Below, piece after piece: positions 47,472-51,371 of a stretch of 51,371 bases of DNA. Numbering within the stretch: the stretch's first letter is position 1; every line of letters starts with the position of its first letter. The position numbers and the translations under genes are program-made. The notes under the pieces were generated by a model. That model saw only the letters and a program-made list of their open reading frames with translations, was not told the DNA's origin and ran no database searches. The stretch is from a virus (lineage: Duplodnaviria; Caudoviricetes): positions 1 through 51,371 of IMG/VR virus record IMGVR_UViG_3300017912_001403. One strand, written 5' to 3'.

Positions 47472-48272
47472 TTACTCATCTTCGCCAGTCTCAGGATTAA
47501 ATGTTTTTGCGTCTTGGAAGAAGGACGTAGTTTCATTAAATCCAAAATCGTCATCGGGTTCAGCAGATGCAGGGTTTGGAGTAACAACTTGTCGCACTTC
47601 TCTAGCGGGTGAAAGGTCAGGCATATCTGTATAAGAATCGACTTGAACCTGTTTGATAACTTTCTCTTGAGTGACAGGGCCGTACAGATAAAACTTTGCA
47701 GTAAATGATAGAGTGTAAATTATCGCACGTCTTTCTTCAAAGTTACCTCTATAACTGTCCTCATAATCAATAGAATTCAGAACAATCGGAACGTCTCGCT
47801 TGATTCCCATGTCAGACATATCATTAACAGTAATCGTGTAGTCCGGTTGAAAGTAAGGAAGAATCTGTTCAATAATCTGTAGTGCATCATCTGACTGTTT
47901 TGCCATTGCATACAACTGAAAGTCTATATTATACGGCACTGGCATGTACTGTGTTTCGATTTTAGTTTGTGAACCGTCAACAGACTTCTTAAATCTCTGG
48001 ATTCTATTTAACTTTCTAGTTGCATCGTAAGTGAGGTTTTGCAATTCAAACCCTAAACGAGGCAGAGTGATTGCAACCTTACTTGTCAGGTCAGAATCTT
48101 GGTCTAAACGCACAAGAAACTTCTCCTTTGGCCCGTATGCCAAAGGTACTTTCATTTTCTGAACAACTGTGCCTGAGTTGTCCTTTCGCACCAAATTAAC
48201 ATTGTTAAATATAGTACCGAAAGCAACAACGATCTTTCTTATTGTTTCGTGATAAAACTGTTGGTCTAACAT
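47472..48272 (-). CDS. gp15: Tail sheath stabiliser/completion protein
   Basis: FYHETIRK, FGTIFN, VPLAYGPKEKF, IIEQILPYFQP. Confidence 0.96.
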   Translation of the reverse strand: MLDQQFYHETIRKIVVAFGTIFNNVNLVRKDNSGTVVQKMKVPLAYGPKEKFLVRLDQDSDLTSKVAITLPRLGFELQNLTYDATRKLNRIQRFKKSVDGSQTKIETQYMPVPYNIDFQLYAMAKQSDDALQIIEQILPYFQPDYTITVNDMSDMGIKRDVPIVLNSIDYEDSYRGNFEERRAIIYTLSFTAKFYLYGPVTQEKVIKQVQVDSYTDMPDLSPAREVRQVVTPNPASAEPDDDFGFNETTSFFQDAKTFNPETGEDE

Positions 48273-48278
48273 AATCTT

Positions 48279-49283
48279 TTATCCAGCCTTTCCGGCATCT
48301 CCAAATGGATTTGACTCGGTAAAGTCTAATATGGTATTGTCTGCCGCTTCATATACTTCGTTTGAGGCGTTTATCGTCTTAGACTGTTCGGTTACACCGT
48401 CACCTATTATATAGTCCTCCTGTATAATATATGAAGGTTCACTAAACTCAGATTCCGGTTCAAGAAGTAGAGACTCACCCACAGAGGTTGTGTCATTTTC
48501 ACCAATGACATAATCGCCATCTTCAAGTAGTAACAAGTCCCCATTTGTACCCCACTCCAAACGGAAAAATTCGTTGACTGCACTTGACTGTTCCAGAGTC
48601 ATCTGGTGTTGTAGAGAGTCCAGTGACAGGTCGTCTTCTATCACATCTACGTCTTCAATACCAGTATCAATAACCTCACTGGCGTATTCGAATTGACTAC
48701 ATCTCAGTTTGTATACAGGAGTGTTTTCTAACTGATAAAACGGTTCATCGTGGTCAACAAAGTTAACTTCAAAAAGTTTTTTAATTACAGGATGCCATAC
48801 TAAATCACCTTCTTGGGGACGATTTGCATATGTTGAAGCGGTTTCATCTTCACTTCTCAAATATGAAACACTAAATGCAGCTGTACAATCCGTACCACTG
48901 GTTCCCGTTTCTAGAAGAATGGAACCCGAAGTTGTTGTAGTTCCCTCCTCTAATGTAACTTGAAACGCGATGTCATCAAACCTTTCTCTGGATACAACAA
49001 AGGTGATTTCGTTTCTGTTTTCTAAACCAAACTGTTGGAGAATTTCTTTTTCACCAGCGAACCCACCCTCACTGTTTTCGATATACATTTCAATTGTAGA
49101 TGATGTTGTAAACTTTGCAAGAGAATCCTCTCCAAGAATATCATCTCTGGCAACCAAAGTCCTGTCGATGTAACTTACATCTTGTCCATATATCTGGATA
49201 GCCTCTTTTATCAGGTTCGCGTAAAGCCCACTATCATTATTAGTGGTACACGCACCTGTTCTAAAACCGCTACGGACAGCCAT
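48279..49283 (-). CDS. gp14: Neck protein
   Basis: EAIQIYGQDV, RPQEGDLV, LFEVNFVDHDEPFYQL, DFTESNPFG. Confidence 0.92.
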   Translation of the reverse strand: MAVRSGFRTGACTTNNDSGLYANLIKEAIQIYGQDVSYIDRTLVARDDILGEDSLAKFTTSSTIEMYIENSEGGFAGEKEILQQFGLENRNEITFVVSRERFDDIAFQVTLEEGTTTTSGSILLETGTSGTDCTAAFSVSYLRSEDETASTYANRPQEGDLVWHPVIKKLFEVNFVDHDEPFYQLENTPVYKLRCSQFEYASEVIDTGIEDVDVIEDDLSLDSLQHQMTLEQSSAVNEFFRLEWGTNGDLLLLEDGDYVIGENDTTSVGESLLLEPESEFSEPSYIIQEDYIIGDGVTEQSKTINASNEVYEAADNTILDFTESNPFGDAGKAG

Positions 49284-49286
49284 GTA

Positions 49287-50099
49287 TTATGCCTTGATAA
49301 GTGCATCAGGATACTGCATACCCTGAATGATTTCTTCTATACGATTGATTTCTTCTACCGCCTGATCGTATATTTGTTGTCCATTGTATGAAACTCCACC
49401 CAGCAGAGTTACATCGTTAAACTTAGATAAGTTTTGTCCCCACTGTTTTTTGATGAGGGCAGTGGCATATCTTTTAAGGTACATATCATCCCATACGTCA
49501 GTATACGTATTTGGGTCTAGTTTCCTATAACACTCTATGATAAGGTAATCCCCAGCACTAAAGTCGGAAGACCAATCACCATCAATGTAAAGTCTGTTCT
49601 GATGTTGATAGTAACGAATTGGTTTCTCACCGACAAGGATGTGTTGCAACAAATCAAGCTGATCCATTACCATTTGGTACTGAAGAATAGATGAAGAACT
49701 GAAGTCGTATAAGTCATTCAGTCTAATCTGATATCGAATATCAAACAAATTATTTGTAGATGAATCGTCGAAAGGAAATACATCTATTACTGAAATAACT
49801 GAAGAGGGAACGGGAATAAAGTTTTTACCTTCGTACCAAGTAGCAGTTATAGAACTGTCTGCGGTATCGGTTGCACTAGAAGACTCGTTTGTTCCAGCCC
49901 TAGTTATATCGTCAGAGGTAAGCTGATACTTTAGATATACTTTCTGTATGCTGTCGTAGTGATACTGCACAAAATACTGTACAGCTTCGTCAATCCGGTC
50001 GTCTGCTTGATCGTCGGTAACGTTTACATCAATCATCCCACAACCTAAGGCTCTGAGACAATAGTTTTTAAATTCTGTTTTAGTAGTTGGGATGGCCAT
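49287..50099 (-). CDS. gp13: Neck protein
   Basis: YCLRALG, QYHYD, YLKRYATALIKKQWGQNLSKF. Confidence 0.94.
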   Translation of the reverse strand: MAIPTTKTEFKNYCLRALGCGMIDVNVTDDQADDRIDEAVQYFVQYHYDSIQKVYLKYQLTSDDITRAGTNESSSATDTADSSITATWYEGKNFIPVPSSVISVIDVFPFDDSSTNNLFDIRYQIRLNDLYDFSSSSILQYQMVMDQLDLLQHILVGEKPIRYYQHQNRLYIDGDWSSDFSAGDYLIIECYRKLDPNTYTDVWDDMYLKRYATALIKKQWGQNLSKFNDVTLLGGVSYNGQQIYDQAVEEINRIEEIIQGMQYPDALIKA

Positions 50100-50117
50100 A
50101 TAAAACCCTTTTCAGAG

Positions 50118-50125
50118 TATTTATA
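50118..50125 (-). promoter_or_regulatory. T4 late promoter TATAAATA upstream of gp13
   Basis: Exact consensus overlapping the upstream stop codon. Confidence 0.8.
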
Positions 50126-50912
50126 CAACCACTGACTCTATTACCTTTTTTGCCATCCTTTCTTGTCCTTCTTTTCTTAAATGATGGTCATCTTTTGCAA
50201 AGTATATATCTTTGTCTTCAAGCCCATCGGCACGCATCTCTTGTACTATCTCATCATGCATACAACTTCCACCAAAAATATCCATTGGAGGCCAGTTATA
50301 GAAGTTTTTGAGTTCTATTTTTGTTTGCGCTAAGGCCAAACAAAATTTTTGAAACATAGGATGCGTTTCTCCCCCAAGATATCTCCACGAAAGTGGACGT
50401 AACATTTGAAATTGATAAAGAGGAACATTCAGGGATTTACAGGTTTGTTGTAAACTCCACATCATAGTCAACTGCTCTTCAAGTAAAAGTGGCATAGAGT
50501 CTGGATTTATGTGACTTTTCCATCTTTCATCCCATTCAAACCCTGCATAGTTTCTCCACATTCCACAGTGTATGTATGAATCTCTTTGAAACTCTGTCCA
50601 CCCAACAACTACAAACTTAATTTCTTCTGGGTCATTTTCAATTAATTCTTTTGTGACTTTTTGAAAAATCCTAGAGTTACCGTCTCCACAATTTGCAGTG
50701 TTTAGCGGTTCACAGCCGTGGTGTTCTGCAAGTAGCTCTCCCCACATTTTCCAACCTGTTTGAATGTACCCTTTCTTCTTGTACTCTTTTTGTCGCCATG
50801 TTTGCCACATAGCGCCATTTTCCGGTACTTTTGGATCTGTAAAACTACAACCACCGATAATTATTTTAGAAGACTTTGACATTGTGTTTTTCTTCAAACC
50901 TTTTTGCATCAT
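50121..50912 (-). CDS. SGNH/GDSL-like protein
   Basis: IIGGCSFT, ANCGDGN, C-terminal DDHHL. The probable start is MSKSS. Confidence 0.7.
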   Translation of the reverse strand: MMQKGLKKNTMSKSSKIIIGGCSFTDPKVPENGAMWQTWRQKEYKKKGYIQTGWKMWGELLAEHHGCEPLNTANCGDGNSRIFQKVTKELIENDPEEIKFVVVGWTEFQRDSYIHCGMWRNYAGFEWDERWKSHINPDSMPLLLEEQLTMMWSLQQTCKSLNVPLYQFQMLRPLSWRYLGGETHPMFQKFCLALAQTKIELKNFYNWPPMDIFGGSCMHDEIVQEMRADGLEDKDIYFAKDDHHLRKEGQERMAKKVIESVVV

Positions 50913-51371
50913 CTATATTGTTTACTATGGGTTCTCCCTTTATGTTCAATGATGTGTTTAGTAGCATGGGACACCCTGTAGCCTCATACCACTCTTCAAG
51001 AATAGGACGAATCACAGACACACAATCTTTTTCCACTATTTGCACTCTTGCAGTTCCATCTACATGAGTAACAGACTTGTAGTCATGTTTTGCAGTCGAT
51101 ACAAACTGCATATAACGGTTCATTGGGCCATCAAAGTATTCGTCTGCATATTCTTCTAAAATTGCAGGCGCGAACGGCCTGAACCTCTGACGCTGTTTAA
51201 TATCATTAACAGTATCTTTGATATCAAGACGGGGGTCTGCAACTAGTGATCTGTTTCCCAATGCACGAGGCCCAAACTCTGCACGTCCATTTGCAATCCC
51301 ACATACACCCCTCTTTGTCAGGTAATCCACAACCTCTTTTGGATTAACTTCTCTATTAATATTGTGTCCAA
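50866..51371 (-). CDS. Carbamoyltransferase (NodU/CmcH/TobZ family), C-terminal part, truncated by the window
   Basis: GRAEFGPRALGNRS, RFRPFAP, HVDGTARVQ, LLNTSLN. The frame stays open to the window edge. Confidence 0.92.
   Translation of the reverse strand, partial: GHNINREVNPKEVVDYLTKRGVCGIANGRAEFGPRALGNRSLVADPRLDIKDTVNDIKQRQRFRPFAPAILEEYADEYFDGPMNRYMQFVSTAKHDYKSVTHVDGTARVQIVEKDCVSVIRPILEEWYEATGCPMLLNTSLNIKGEPIVNNIDDAKRFEEKHNVKVF

Noticed and set aside
492-51067. Many short plus-strand and alternate-frame ORFs in the ORF track
   Set aside because: They lie antisense to or inside well-supported genes and have no recognisable motifs. Only 39444..39743 and 39740..40282 are accepted on the plus strand.
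1-51371. Stop-codon reassignment, tRNA or rRNA genes
   Set aside because: Core genes translate full length in the standard code, and the short intergenic gaps are accounted for by promoters and terminators. This was judged by eye; tRNAscan was not run.

Overview
This window is the core of a T4-like myovirus genome, most similar in organisation to marine T4-likes; this rests on motif recognition and gene order, with no database search. Almost everything is on the minus strand. In transcription order it holds neck, terminase, tail and head genes (gp13-gp23), then gp3, uvsY, uvsW, gp55, gp47/46, a MoxR/CobS AAA ATPase with a distant VWA partner, hsp20, and the replisome genes (gp45, gp44, gp62, regA, gp43, uvsX, gp41). 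Many modification enzymes are threaded between the core genes: 5 radical SAM/SPASM-type loci, 2 sulfotransferase-like, 3 small-molecule methyltransferase-like, 2 SGNH-like, 1 glycosyltransferase-like and 1 carbamoyltransferase. Best leads: (1) a Mom-like enzyme and an amino-DNA methyltransferase directly after gp43 both end in the same clamp-binding-like motif as gp43, suggesting gp45-tethered DNA modification; (2) a dispersed radical SAM/glycan-tailoring set embedded in the late genes; (3) a duplicated sigma70 promoter cassette with three IHF-consensus sites at identical spacing before the AAA and VWA genes; (4) a ROSE-like thermometer before hsp20; (5) a ligase-like/nucleotidyltransferase pair with capsid-targeting-like N-termini. 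No tRNA, CRISPR, intron or intein was seen.
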